Shown: piece by piece, positions 41,823-55,144 of the stretch
How positions within the stretch are numbered: the first letter of the stretch is position 1
Layout of the letters: every line of letters begins with the position of its first letter
NCBI GenBank assembly: GCA_050575255.1
Contig: JBNZDD010013632.1
Location: 2,685,122-2,749,121, forward strand
Source: Harriotta raleighana
Taxonomy: Eukaryota
DNA: 64,000 nt
Reading direction: 5' to 3'
The notes under the pieces: model-generated
The model's database searches: none
What the model was told of the DNA's origin: nothing
What the model saw: only the letters and a program-made list of their open reading frames with translations
Program-made: the position numbers and the translations under genes

Positions 41823-42213
41823 ATATTCATCTGATAGCTTCAAAACATTGCTGTTGGGCTATGAGAAGTGTCCTTATTGCCAGTTATCGCAATTCCTTTC
41901 TGGTACCTATCGCCATCCATTATGCACTATTTATCAGCTAATTAAAGCAGGCGGATGAAGTTCCCCAAGATCTCTGACAATGTCTCTCTGAAGCTAGCTC
42001 ATGAGAGCAAGTGTACAATTCTGGGTGATCTGCCTCCAATTTTGCTTGGTTTTCTACCAATTAAGCACCTAGCTTCTACGCACCACCCTTTTCCAATATT
42101 AGATGAAAATCAATAACTGGGCTTTGTGAGGAATAACAAGATTGAATCTGGAATTCATCATTTACCTGAGATTAAACAAAAAATGAGAAATTTGGTCTTG
42201 GTTTAGAATTGTA

Positions 42214-42610
42214 CAGTAAAACCCTGTTTATCTGGCACGCTCGGGTAGGGGGTGGGGTGGGTGTCCGACTGACTGTGGCGGATAAACGGGGGACAAGTTG
42301 CCGAAAACCCAACATAAAAAATTAACTTATTTTAAAACATACCATGTTAATAATACGCTACATAGTAACAGAATATTGTGTGGATACTTACCAATAAAGC
42401 ATTCCAGCACAGTCGGAAAAAAAATCAGTAAAACAACATTTTTGTATCGATCGGTAAAAAACCCAAGTTCATAAATTTACTAAGTGCGCATGCGCACGCA
42501 TTGCACACATGCGCAAAGTGAGCAAACTCGCAATTTTGGAATGGGGAATTGCCCTGGGAGGGGGTCGAGCAATCCGATTGATCGGGTCACGGATGAACGA
42601 GGTTTTACTG
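42214..42610. mobile_element. MITE family A, second copy (inverted relative to 19666-20048)
   Basis: TA|CAGTAAAACCCTGTTTATC ... GATGAACGAGGTTTTACTG|TA; interior is the reverse complement of the first copy. Confidence 0.9.
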
Positions 42611-44307
42611 TAGTTTGGTTTCAACTCGCTAGACAGCTGTCACTCATTTTGAGAGGGAGTCATTAAAGTCATTTTTTTGCCACTCAAGCACTTGACTTCT
42701 ATCATTTGTCTTTACACTTGAAAAGCACGGAGAGACAGCCTGACTTAATTTCATCACTGTGCAAAGCTATATGCAACACAGTAAAGGCACTGGGAGACAT
42801 ATCTGGCTCTGAGGTGCTCCTAAAGATCATTCAAGAACAGCAGAGCAGATGGTCAACAAGACCGTGTTACTTGCAGCACTAAATTGACACTTAAGCGCGA
42901 AACAAATATCCTCCAAATTATTCTTTCATGCTCTTCAACTAATTGCTGTAGGTCTGTTTGCCTTCACATCAGCCCATTGAACTCAAAGCTCGATCGTAAT
43001 TGTATAAATTGCTGAGATAAAATTAATAACACAACTGAAAACTTCTGTCAACTAAGCCAGCTTGGTTTGGATTTTATGAAGAAGAAAAGGATCCAACCTT
43101 TTTGAAACAAAATCAGAATGGGGCTTATTAAAAGCAATAAAATATATTTTTTTGTTCAATACTGCAAAACTCCCTTAGCTTGTGTTACAATACAATAAGT
43201 GGGTCTAAGCTATGTCACTGCTAGAATCATAGACTTCTCGATCTTTGATTCTGCTGTTAGATGTTAGATTTCATACCAGTTTGAAGAGGGCAACATGAGG
43301 TACATTTAAAAAATACCGACACTGTCGTCATTGTAGATCCACAGTGGTACAATTGGTAGAACTTAGATATAACCAAGGATGTTTGACTTCTGTTAAGAAA
43401 GTAAGCCATTTCTATAAAGCAAAATGTTTAAAGGATCAATGCAACAGAATTATTTTATGCCTAACTGAATACCACAAATGTGAGAATCCATTTACTGGTG
43501 TTTATTTGTATCAGTAAATAACTTTAATCAACACGCACAACACATTGAGCAGTATCAAATCGCAATGGCACCAATTTATAATTCTGTAAACTGGAAGTGA
43601 GATATAACAGCTTTTGGCCAAAGAAAAGCTAAATCTGATAACTATCACAGAACCCGAGTTACAAATACAACTTTCTCAATAAAGCTGGTGAGGAAGTTTC
43701 CATTTTAATTTACTTTTCATTCAAATAAGCAATCAGACATCAGTCATTCCACAGGGACAGAAACAGGATAACAACCATGATACGTTGTAACAGAAACAAA
43801 ATTTATAGAGTTGTATGATACAAAGCCCAAACACCAGAGAATACAAAATGTCCGTGTAATAAGAGCAAACATTATTAATTCTTAATTATATAAATGCCAG
43901 GGTAAACTAATGCACCGAATATTGATTTTTAAAATAAACGCAAGTACTTCTCCCCCCAACCTCACTCATATTTAATAAAATGTCTTCTTAGTGCTACAAC
44001 TACACTGTCTTTGATTTCTCCCTCTGTGTAGTCATTCTGAACTGACTTGAAAAGAAAAAAAAACTTTCCATCTGTTGCAGATGCAAATGGACTGTTTATG
44101 TTGGCAACAACGGGTTTGAGCAATTATCATCCCCAGCTGTAATTGTGCAGATGGAGTTGTTTAATGAAAATTAGTTGTGGGAGATTGAGTGGGAGCAACG
44201 AGTGAGGGGGATGGAATGGGATAGGGACAGAATGAGAGGACAAGAGGACTTTTACAACCCCATCATCTGATGGTCATCTGTTGTTTCATTGTAATTATAA
44301 TACTAAA

Positions 44308-44470
44308 TAAATAATAATCCTTGGATTTGATATAGCCCTTTAATATCTTCTAGATATCTCAAAATGCTTCAGAGAATATACCATAAAGTGAATTAACTGT
44401 ATATTTGTGGGCAAAACATGGAAGCCAATTGCGCACAGCAGTGTCACGCAAACAGTCGTGGATTCAAGTG
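44308..44470 (-). mobile_element. SINE 3' half
   Basis: aataataatccttggatttgatatagc...gccaattgcgcacagcagtgtcacgcaaacagtcgtggatt. Confidence 0.8.
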
Positions 44471-47400
44471 AGACTGTAAAAGGGAGGTATATAATGGGTA
44501 ATTGGTAATTTCTCTCACTGCAATACACAGTAAAACTTTTCTACCAAAATTTAGATGTTAAATTTTCTTAATAACAGAACCAATAATAAGGCAATATTGT
44601 AACTATCTTCTAGTGATCTTTTCACTCAGCTTTTCTAAATTCAGTATTATCTTTTATATTCACTATTAACTGTATCACCCACATATCAAATGCCAAAACT
44701 CGGGGCGATGGACTGTAAATTGCCAGAGGAGAAGAAATGAGGCTTTAAAGGATTAACTCGGAGTTTTAATAGAGATCCACTCATATTAGTGGTATCTGCT
44801 GTAAATGTTCGTTTTTAACAGTTCTGTTCATTCAATCACAATGGAATTGTTTCCTTCGATTAATAGTCATCAATTCAGGCTAAGTGATGATCTTCATACC
44901 ATTGCATTCAAATAAACGTATTACCAAATCTATAACATTTATTATTTAATGCCACTGAAACCAGAAGTGGCTTGTGTAACTCTGCCAGTATTGGCTTGCT
45001 GTACTATTAGGACATGAGTGGGAAAAATCTTGTCCCCCCCTCTCCCCGCCATGTCCCATTGACAAGCTAGGCAGGCTAATCAATCAACAGAGAGAAGAGC
45101 TATGTTATTTTCTTCAGTGGACTAGGGAACTTAATTCTTGTGCCCACAAAGGCTTGGTAGTTGTGCTTTGAAAATATTTTTAGGATGGGGTGGGAGGAAG
45201 AAAATGAAATGGCCTTGGGTCTGAGATACCCTTTTACCATGTGCCACACTAGGGAGATAGACAGAGGACAGATATTGCCTTGGCTTGGATCAACAACAGG
45301 GATGAAGTTTAATATGTGAATTATTTAAAGGCCGTTTTTGAGCCCTAGCAAGAGCTCAAGTGGGCATGGAAAGGTTGAGCACACTGCAGAGACCCATTTC
45401 ATTTTATTTGGGACACAATTGTCATTAGGACGTAATGGCTATGGTTACGCATGTTAAAGCATGAGGGCACTTTACACTCTACAGGTCCGAGATTCTCCTA
45501 ATGGGTGTTTGGCACGGCAATGTGAGTAGAACCAAGTCCTGTCGCAGTTAGAAAGCCTAATAGAATGACAGTACTGTCATGCTGAACCCATTGCCCTGTG
45601 CTGGTCCCAAAGAGTGTAACAGCTGCTGGAGATTTGCTAGTTGTTGCAGTACCAGATTCAGTTGTTGCATTTCATTTTGGTGGATTTCAAAGCACAGCCA
45701 GCAGTAGAGATGGCATATAGTCCTTCTTGTCAGGTTCTGTCGGGGTATGGAACTTAATTACAGGGAAATACATTAATATCCCAACAATCATAACTCCCCA
45801 CATGTTTTCAGATAGCTATTACGGTTAAATTTATATATTTTGCTTGGTAGGTGAATACAGTACTATATAATTGTGAAGACATGATCCTGTTGTGTAGGCA
45901 GTTGAACAGAAATGCAATGCATCCGTCAACATTTTCATATAATTTCTATCAACATTTGGCCACCATCGGACTTTTTTTGCAGTTTCACTTCCTGCCAAGG
46001 TAACTCCTTAACTGTTGCTTACCCAAAGCACATTGCTTGAGAATGCATAGGAAGCATTGGAGTGGATTCTCTTACCCCCGTTTGAATAGATTTATTTTGT
46101 TGCAAAGACATCTATATCCTGGGAGCTTTCAATCTACGGTCAGCCAAGTTTCGCAAAGGATCATTTAAGGCCAGTAGATCTGGATTAGCAAAGCACCCTA
46201 CCTCACATCACCCATCCCCATTTGTGGACCAAACAACAAGCACGCATATTAGAGTATGGAAATATTAATGTGCACTTAGATAATTGCCATTTAATTAGTC
46301 GTTCCTCAGAACAATTAAGAGTTTGTGCCTATTTCATACTGTTATTAGTTTAAAATACACCATATAACTATGGTATATATGCCTGACTCCTCCAAGTTAC
46401 TTCCCTTTTGTGATACCCCAAATTAATTGTACTAACAAGAAGTTTTATAATGGTGCCCAATTTTGCATTGTGTATTGTCTTCAGTTTCATAATTGATGGC
46501 AGCATCCAAGTTTTTTTTTAAAAAACCCACTACAAACTACTTCACTCATATTAAGGACATCTGATTTTTATTCCCTCACAAGCATTTGAAAGATGTAAAC
46601 TTTTATATGTGTTTGTAGATGTATAATTATTTTATTACAATTGCTTTTGGTGACCTGTATACAACTTCTAACTGACCACAGAAACAACAACAAAATTACA
46701 TTTGTACAGCACCTTTCACATTGGATGGACATCCCAAGGCACTGATATCGATTCCCTTTCGCCAATTAACATTTTACTAAATACTGTATATCATCTTGTA
46801 CCTTTTGCAAAGGCTTATGTGTCTTGCAATCATTTGCTTTATTTCTGAATGCATCCACTGATTATTCAATATACAGACTCAACGCTAGTGCCTATACTTG
46901 CCTTGATTCTCTGTGGAAGTTAATGTACGATAAATTGCTTGTGAACAAGAATGCTGTGTCTTTTATTTAGTCTATGGGAATGCATCAAGGTGACAATTTG
47001 ATGGCAACAGAGACATAAAACCTTTGGTTATACTTAATTGTTTAGACATGCTCACCATCCCAGGATAGATGTGGAAATGTCAAATGGATGAAATATGTGA
47101 GACTGTCACAGTGAACATTTTATCAACAGTCAATATACAAACACTTTTCTACCAGTGATATTTGCGTTATACTCTGCAACACTTCAGTGTCCTAATCAGG
47201 TAATAGTAACTAATAGTACAGTAGGTCTGTAATCACACATTGCATCCTTCAGTCACAGTGGTTATCAGTTACAAGCAAATATCAGCTAAGTCAATTTAAT
47301 CATTTTAATTATCGATATACGGTGGCCCATTTATACAAATTAAAAGTTGGCTGGTAATTGTTGGAGTATGCTGTTTCAATCGTGTAGCCCAATATTTACA

Positions 47401-47629
47401 GTAATAGTGTGTTTCACACTCGCTCTCTGCCTGTATGTGCTTTGGGTCTGTCTTTCTCTAATAATTTAATTACTTGGATAAGATCTCTGAACCTCACACT
47501 GGTCTTGTTAATCAGCAGCTTTGTTGCACTGGAATTTAAAAAAAGATCCGGATGGCAGTCGAACAAATTCATGCAGTATGTATAAAAGAAATATTATTTT
47601 GTATTTGTATCTTGTCTGACATTATGTGG

Positions 47630-47940
47630 ACTAGGTGGTGGACTGGATTAGAGCAAGTCATTTCACCCCTGAAGTCTCATTCAAATCCAGTTCAAACCGA
47701 TGGAATTTGAAATCTCTCCTGGGTGATTGTGAGAGTCTCATTTGAAATGAGTTTGGACAATTCCAACCAGTTCTTCATTGCTTGAGAACTAGCCATAAAT
47801 TGGCAATCTCATTGTGAAAGGAAATGGAAACCACCATATCGATGCTAGTTGAGAGTGTTCCGTTGTAGTTGCAGAGAGAGCTTTAACGTTACATCTTGCG
47901 ATGCATCACCTAATCTGGGAGTGCTGTGTCATCATGACTC
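47630..47940 (+). mobile_element. LF-SINE-like ancient retroposon
   Basis: Ordered motifs tttcacccct, ttcaaatccag, tgaaatgagtttgg, ccagttc and aattggca follow the recalled LF-SINE 5' half; heavily diverged. Confidence 0.5.
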
Positions 47941-48849
47941 TTCCCCAGCACTATCACTTAGCTTGATCAGGAAGAAAGATCGTTACAAATATATTTTTGA
48001 AAATCTGAAGAGCATCATCGGGTATCCTCAATCTTGCTGAACGCTCTCACTATCAGATACTGGGCATCAAATTAAATTTCGATATTTAAATGAGGTGAAA
48101 TTGAATTGTGTGCAGCCACTGATGTCAATGTAATATTAGATTTTCAAAGTAATTAAAGGACCCAGATATCCAGTTTTAAGAATCTTCAATTGAGCTAACG
48201 ATTGAATTACAATAAGTCCTGGGAGCATGTGCTTCTTGCTCTCTCTCTCTCTCTCCTGCAAATTCCAAGAGCAAGAATTGACTTCTGATGAGAATTTTGT
48301 TTCCTTGTCAATGTGAGCTGGTGCAATCCCTTGGTTTTGTTATCACTACTCCCAGGGCTATTTCATTGTTAGCGGTTTGTTGCAAAGTGAGATTGGAAGT
48401 GTCAGTTTCCCTCAATGTTCAACTAATGAAATGCACTTTGAGTCACTATAGGTTACAATCAAGATTAAAACAGTTTTTCAAACCACCATGGCCATGACTG
48501 AGTGTCTTATCCGGCCTTTCCAAAATACATAAATATACCATTTTTAAATAAATATCTGATAGGAAATGGACTGTTGATATTCTTTTCCAGATTTAATGAA
48601 AATCTATACAGAAGTATGATTCAGCAACTTTTTTTTTACCAATGCTGTTGATTCATTTAAACAGTTCCAAACATGATCTCATCCTCAAGAAGAAGAAAAA
48701 ATCCTACAAAGCACAGCAATTTATTTGATGCTGAAGGACAGGAATATTAACACTTAATCCTACAAATAAGTTGCAACATGCAAAGAGAAGTCTAATAGAT
48801 TTGAATATTTAATTACAAGTATTGGTGTAAGATAAAGAACACCAAATTG

Positions 48850-49165
48850 GGAGGATGTCCCAAGGTACTGGACAGTCAGGGATTTGGACCTGAGCAAGGG
48901 GTTGGGATCAGGAGGGGTGGAGGGCAGATGGTAAGGGTAGGAAGTTGTCTGGAGGCACAGTTAAAGAGGAGGCTCTTGAGATGTGCCTTGAAGGTGGCTA
49001 GGGATTGAATAATGCAAAGAGATTGTGGGATGGAGTTCCAAATAGTTCAGAAGAGAGGCTGAATGTCCAACTACCAATGATGGGATGGGACAGGTGGGGA
49101 TGTGGAGCAGGATGGAACTTGCTGAGCAAGGCCATGGAAGGCTTTGAAGGTGAGGACAAGATTGT
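48850..49165 (-). mobile_element. L2-type LINE 3' fragment
   Basis: ggaggatgtcccaaggtactggacagtcagggatttggacctgagc...gaggcacagttaaagaggaggctcttgagatgtgccttgaagg, colinear with 23076-23345. Confidence 0.7.
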
Positions 49166-49449
49166 TGTTATCCCACAGTAGATGTTTGCTTTACTTAATC
49201 AATTTACTTTTATTTTATATTTTGTGTACTCTTATCAAATAACTCTTTATATATATTTTAGTTACACATTGAAGATTTCAACAATATGTAACATTATATT
49301 TTCTCACTAAGTGATTTTTAGCAGTTTTCACCACATGAATACCTGGAACTTAGGGATGAACGATACCCTTTAGCACTTTTGATCTAATCTTATCAAAATA
49401 TCGTGTCTACCCAAGCCAAGATTTTAATAATCTCTAAAAAAAAAAAAAA

Positions 49450-49620
49450 ATTGGTCATTTCAATCCACGACTGTTTGTGGGACACTCCTGTGCGCAATTG
49501 ACTATCACATTTTGCCTACAATATATGGTCAATTCACTTTACCATATATTCTGTGAAGCGCTTTAAGACATTCTAGAGGATGTGAAAAGTGCTACATCAA
49601 ATGCAAGGATTATTATTATA
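49450..49620 (+). mobile_element. SINE 3' half
   Basis: attggtcatttcaatccacgactgtttgtgggacac...tcaaatgcaaggattattatta. Confidence 0.85.
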
Positions 49621-49775
49621 TTCTTAAACTCATGTCTTGTGTTTTGCAAGTTTCTCAAAGATTCAAACAATCATCACTTCAAAACAACATTTCTCATTCC
49701 AGAAATCCTTCTCTTTTATGTTGTGATGTTCAGCAACAGTTTCAAGTTAGGCAAGTATATTTTAGGGTTATTTCA

Positions 49776-49874
<99 letters not shown>

Positions 49875-49965
49875 CTATGAGAAGATCAGAGACATAATGA
49901 ATAATTAATTTTGTGTGGTGGATCTTTCTCTTTCAGATACAGATCGATTGATGGATCTGCTAAAC

Positions 49966-50270
49966 GTGGAGTCCTGGAGCTCAGTGGTTAAACATTGCCT
50001 TTCACCCTGCCTGGGTTCGATGCCAGGCAGGGTGAAACCTAGGCAAGTTTCCTTATTTCACACGCCTAATAATAATCACTAAAAGAAAATTGGTCATTTC
50101 AATCTACAACTGTTTGTGGGACTCCTCTGTGTGCAATTGGCTGCTGTGTTTCACCCAAATATATATATATATATACAGTCAATTCGCTTTACAGTATGTT
50201 CTGTAAAGCGCTTTGAGACATCTAGATGTGAAAAGTGCTATATCAAATGCCAGGATTATTATTATTATTA
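49966..50270 (+). mobile_element. tRNA-derived SINE, near full length, in the 559-nt intron between exons 6 and 7
   Basis: gtggagtcctggagctcagtggtt...gggttcgatgccaggcaggg...ggattattattattatta. Confidence 0.88.
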
Positions 50271-50358
50271 TTTCTTGTTTTGTATAATAAGTCTGAACAA
50301 GTTTTAGACCACTTGAAGAGTTTGCCGAATTCTACCTTCCAGGTAACGTGCCTCCTCA

Positions 50359-50610
<252 letters not shown>

Positions 50611-51048
50611 TTAGCAAGAAGTTTTCTCATCACTTCTGTCTTTTGCCAGTCATCAGCCGGAATCTAGCTGTTATTTATGCTGAAATAATCGGTGCATCTC
50701 TTATTTCTGTTTTCAGAATTATATGGAATTCTTACAGGATATGTCTCAGCCACCACGCTCTAATATTGCTGAGTAATCAAGTATTTTGTTTCCGATGTTT
50801 ACCTTTGTCTAAAAGACGTGAAAAATTATATATCAAATGCCAAGGATTATTGTTATTGACAGTTAACCCTCGTCGAAGGCGAATTTATCGATTGCGAATT
50901 CAAGTATNTATATATCAAATGCCAAGGATTATTGTTATTGACATTGAGTAGACAGTTAACCCTCGTCGAAGGCGAATTTATCGATTGCGAATTCAAGTAT
51001 ACGCAACAAAACAAAAGCATCACTTTTCTGTAAAACTTGTGTATACGT

Positions 51049-51202
51049 GTTGGCTGGCCCCCCCGCTCATGCCATGGGTGAAGACGCCGATAGCTCCCGA
51101 CTAAATCCGATGATTCCTCGGCTGGCTGGTCCTGCGTGCGTGCTTATGTTTGACGAGGCCGGCAGATACCGACTAAAGCCGATGATTCCTCGGCTGGCTG
51201 GC
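51049..51202. repeat. 72-bp-period CpG-rich tandem repeat (~2.2 units)
   Basis: ccgactaaa(t/g)ccgatgattcctcggctggctgg starts at 51097 and at 51169, with a partial ggctgg unit upstream. Confidence 0.8.
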
Positions 51203-51436
51203 ATCGCGCGCAATGCATTCCTGCGTAAATACAATAATGCTTCCCTATTGCATTGCATGGTAAACAGAAGAGACAGAGAGAGAGACAGGATTGTACAATA
51301 ATGTAGCCTAATCTACCCTGTTGTTTTATTGCTTTTTTAAAATTGCTTTACTGCTTTGTTATCACTTTATTATAGCAATAAAGCAATAACAAAGCTGCTG
51401 TAACATTTCGGCGTCTCCCGTCCCGACCACCTGCAG

Positions 51437-51645
51437 CCTCTTTGCCCCCCTCCGAGAGGTTCTCTGCCCCGCAACTTCCCAAGTCCCCCCCGCCTCTAAT
51501 CAACTCTCTGCCCCCCACTTCCCCGAGTCCCCACCCGCCCCCGATCAACTCTTTGCCCCACACCTCCCCGAGTCCCCCCCGCCCCCGATCAACTCTTTGC
51601 CCCACACCTCTCCGAGTCCCCCCGCCTCTGAGCGGCTCTCTGTTC
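51437..51645. repeat. C-rich minisatellite, ~45-bp unit, ~4 copies
   Basis: Recurrent atcaactct(c/t)tgcccc...cctccccgagtccccc...cgccccc units. Confidence 0.85.
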
Positions 51646-54591
51646 CCTCACCCCCCACCCCGCCCGCCTGCCATTCCCCCCGATTTCTCTCTGCCTCCCT
51701 CCCAGGCTGCCCTGATTTGCCCACTTCCCGGGTGGTAGGAGAGATGAGAGCAGGAAGAGTACGGGTGGGAGGGGGAGCAACAAGAGCGGGGAGAGGCGGG
51801 CGGAGTGAGGAGCGGGCCAGCCAGGTGTAGCCCGCCTCAGAAGGTACCTTGCATCAGATGTGCTTGGAGGCTTAAGGTGGGTAGCCTGCGACTGGATTCC
51901 CCTAACCCCCCTTTTCCCATTACTTCTTAAGTTGATTGCACAGTTTTCCAGGAACGTAAGTGAGAGTTAACTGTATTTACATTCATGGTGCAAGCAATTG
52001 GTCCTGTGTTTGGCAACACAAGTGAAAGGAAATCTCTCATCTCTCCAAATACAGATTTAGAAATGTCAAACAGTTTTATACCTTGGCTGGTATTGTGCAT
52101 TACCAGGACAGTAGATTCAGGAGATAAATCTGACAAGAGTTCCTACAAGCAAATTGTGAGCTCTTACATGCTGGGAGGTAGAGAAAAAATTGCTACCATT
52201 GATAATTCTATCCTTGTCCATTGTCACCTCATGGCAGTTCATCTTCCTGCATTGTAATGGTTTCCTTGCCTACATTGTTCATAGCATAAAGAATGTCAGT
52301 TCAGCAAGGAGGTGAAAGGAAAGTCTGTGTTGAGTGGTAAAATTTAAATCCTCCCCCTCTCAGTCCACCCATCTCTCTCTCTAATTACTAAGAAAGGAAT
52401 ATATCAAACTATCGTATTCCACACATGGTTTACTTGCACTAATAGTCGTTTGATAAGTTCGATAGCCAGATATTTCTGGTGCAGGCAAAATGATTTACTG
52501 AACCAAAAAAATGTGAAAACCAATACTTAACATTGCTAATTGATTCGGGCTTGAATTGCAAAGATTTTCTCCCACCTTCAAGCATCAAATGCATTAATAT
52601 TTGGATCTGTGTAAAAAAAATCACTTTCTGCAGAATTGCCCCTGGCTCCTTCATGCTTGGTCTCATTGATTATTCTAACCACAGAAAACACAATTTCAAA
52701 AATGATGGGCAGAGCTGAAAACGGCAAGATACTATTTTAAAATTCCAATGATAAACCAGTTTCTTTGTAAATCTGGCTCAAAATAATATATTTAGAAAAT
52801 AAATTATTTCAGAAGGAAACAAAACAATCCAGGCAGCCACTCTAGGAGAGGTCGCTACAATGCTCATTATAGGCTCTACCGCAGTTTGACCAGGATTTAT
52901 GTATTTTTCTGTTCTGCTATAAATTATGTACAAAGAGCAAATAATCAAAAGCAAATCGAGAATGTTCACATTTCAACACAAGCTAGAAAATTCTTTTCTA
53001 AAGGAGAGTCGCTGGATGTGTTGGTATTTTACATGAATGTTCCTAGTAATTTATTTTCGGGTGCCTTGGGTCAACAAAGGCTCCCTCCGTCTGTTTATGT
53101 GCAATGTTTAATTTGTACTTGTGTTGATTTGCAGGTTTACCCCTCTAGATGACTTGGAAAGACTCAAAAACAAAAATTGTTTTAAAATCAAAACATGTTG
53201 TGCTGATATCCCAAATGGCAGCAACCACCAAATAAAAAAATACATATATTCTACTTGTATAACATCTGGATTTTGCATGAGCCCCATATTATTAAACCGT
53301 GTAGAGTGTCCATGATCAGAATTTAGGAAGCGTAAGGAGAAATAGATACATTGAAATAGACATGCTACTAGGGAGAGTGAACCACCTTTCAGTCCACAGA
53401 CAGAATGAAACATAAAGATTTCCCACACTGGAGAAGCTGCTTGACAGTAATCCACTGAATATGGAATTCATTCTGAGAGTGTGGGGAGTAAATAATCCCA
53501 ACTGCCACTCATGTAAGAACATTTCGGCACTGTGAAGCACTGCAGCTTAAGAGCAAATGTTTCATATCACCACAAATATGGACAGAAGATAGAATTTCAT
53601 TTTATTATTCTAATATTTACATTCTTGTTAGACTATTACTTTGAGACATCTAGAAGACATGGAAAACGCTATATCAACTCCAAGGATTATTAATAATATT
53701 AAAGGTGTGAAGGATAACTATTGTTACCTCCCAGGAAGATGTCTACATTGTCTTGAAAATCCAAATAACAAAGACTCAGGTTAAAAATATCTCTGTAGCC
53801 TCAGGTAATGCAGATAAAATGCAGCCACGAGCATAAGGAATCTTCCCTGAGGGCATATTGAACTCTTATATCATTGGCATCACCAAGGCTCCAAATTCAA
53901 ATCAAAATAACCATTTTCTCATGGAATTGAAATAAATTTCTTAGCTGTTAGGCCCTTTAGATTTTACAGGAATGTAATGAAATGTTCCAGGTGTGGCCAT
54001 AATACTAACTAAGTATTGACTTGAGGAGCACCTTGCCAAGTCAAACACCTTCCCACATTGTCAATTAAAAAAATAATTATTATTTCATTTTTAACATATA
54101 TATGTCTATATATATTCATTTGTGGTGCTGGTGAGTTAGAAATTTGGATGACTGTGGGAAGCAAATTATTCAACTGTTCTATTTTGGGAATATTGACTGA
54201 GTCAGCTGGTGGGGGTGGGGAGAGCAGTAAAGAAGGAAATGAATCCAATCTCCCATATCTGAATAAATTATTCAAATGGCAGATCATTGAATAACAAAAT
54301 ATATATTTAATGACCTAAAACAGCACATTATTGCCTATCCAGTAATATATGCAATATTGTAACAATATTTGATCTGCTGTTTTGTGTTGAAATATCGGAA
54401 AGTGCTTCATACAATAAATTTGTTGAAGTTCACTGACTGCTGTCATGGAGCCACATACCACAACTGATCAGAATCAGTAATATCTCACGAGCAGCATTCA
54501 GACAAAAGATTAATTAAATCTTGTTATTGGTGACTACTAAATAAAAATAAAAATCCTTTAATTGAATGTGGGGCCAATACCAAACAATATA

Positions 54592-55042
54592 CAGTAAAAC
54601 CTTGTTTATCCGTGACTTGATGAACTGGAAAACCCGTTTAACCGCCATCTCAAAAAAAAGTCCCGATTCGATGAACCAGAAGTTATCCGGCAAATAATGA
54701 TGACGCATTTAATGAAGCGATTGTCGCATGTGAGAACTGGTGCAGGTACTCGCAGCTGGCCGCTAGTCGGGTCTAAACTCGCTCCTGCTCCTTTTAAAAG
54801 TCGCGTTTTCTTTTAGCTCCGTCTGGTGAGGGCTACCGTTGTGAAGTTAAGTATAATCATAAAGTGCTAATACAATATTCTGTTATTATTTAGTCTATTA
54901 TTAATATGGTATGTATTAAAATAATTTTAAATGAAAAAATTAAAAAAATTTAAATTATATTTTCAAAAAACCCTTCAACCGGAAAATCGTTTAACCGCCA
55001 CTGGCCAGGTCCCGTGGGTGCTGGATAAACGGGGTTTTACTG
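54592..55042. mobile_element. MITE family B, second copy (inverted relative to 26310-26927)
   Basis: TA|CAGTAAAACCTTGTTTATCC ... GGATAAACGGGGTTTTACTG|TA. Confidence 0.9.
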
Positions 55043-55142
55043 TACAGTCATTTCACTTTACAGTATATTCTGTGAAGTGCTTTGATATTTCTCAATGACA
55101 TGATATGGCACTACGTCAAATGCAAGGATTGTTATTATTAAT
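55043..55142 (+). mobile_element. SINE 3' tail abutting the MITE
   Basis: tacagtcatttcactttacagtatattctgtgaagtgctttga...tcaaatgcaaggattgttattatt. Confidence 0.75.
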
Positions 55143-55144
55143 AT

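Noticed and set aside
51047-51301. ORF with a 24-aa repeat (RLNPMIPRLAG), or a CRISPR-like repeat-spacer pattern
   Set aside because: Explained by a 72-bp DNA tandem repeat of about two units whose intervening segments are related; vertebrate intron with no cas genes.
51348-51830. Pro-rich and Gly-rich ORFs (51442..51738 and overlapping ones)
   Set aside because: Products of the C-rich minisatellite, open in several frames on both strands, with no splice or homology support.
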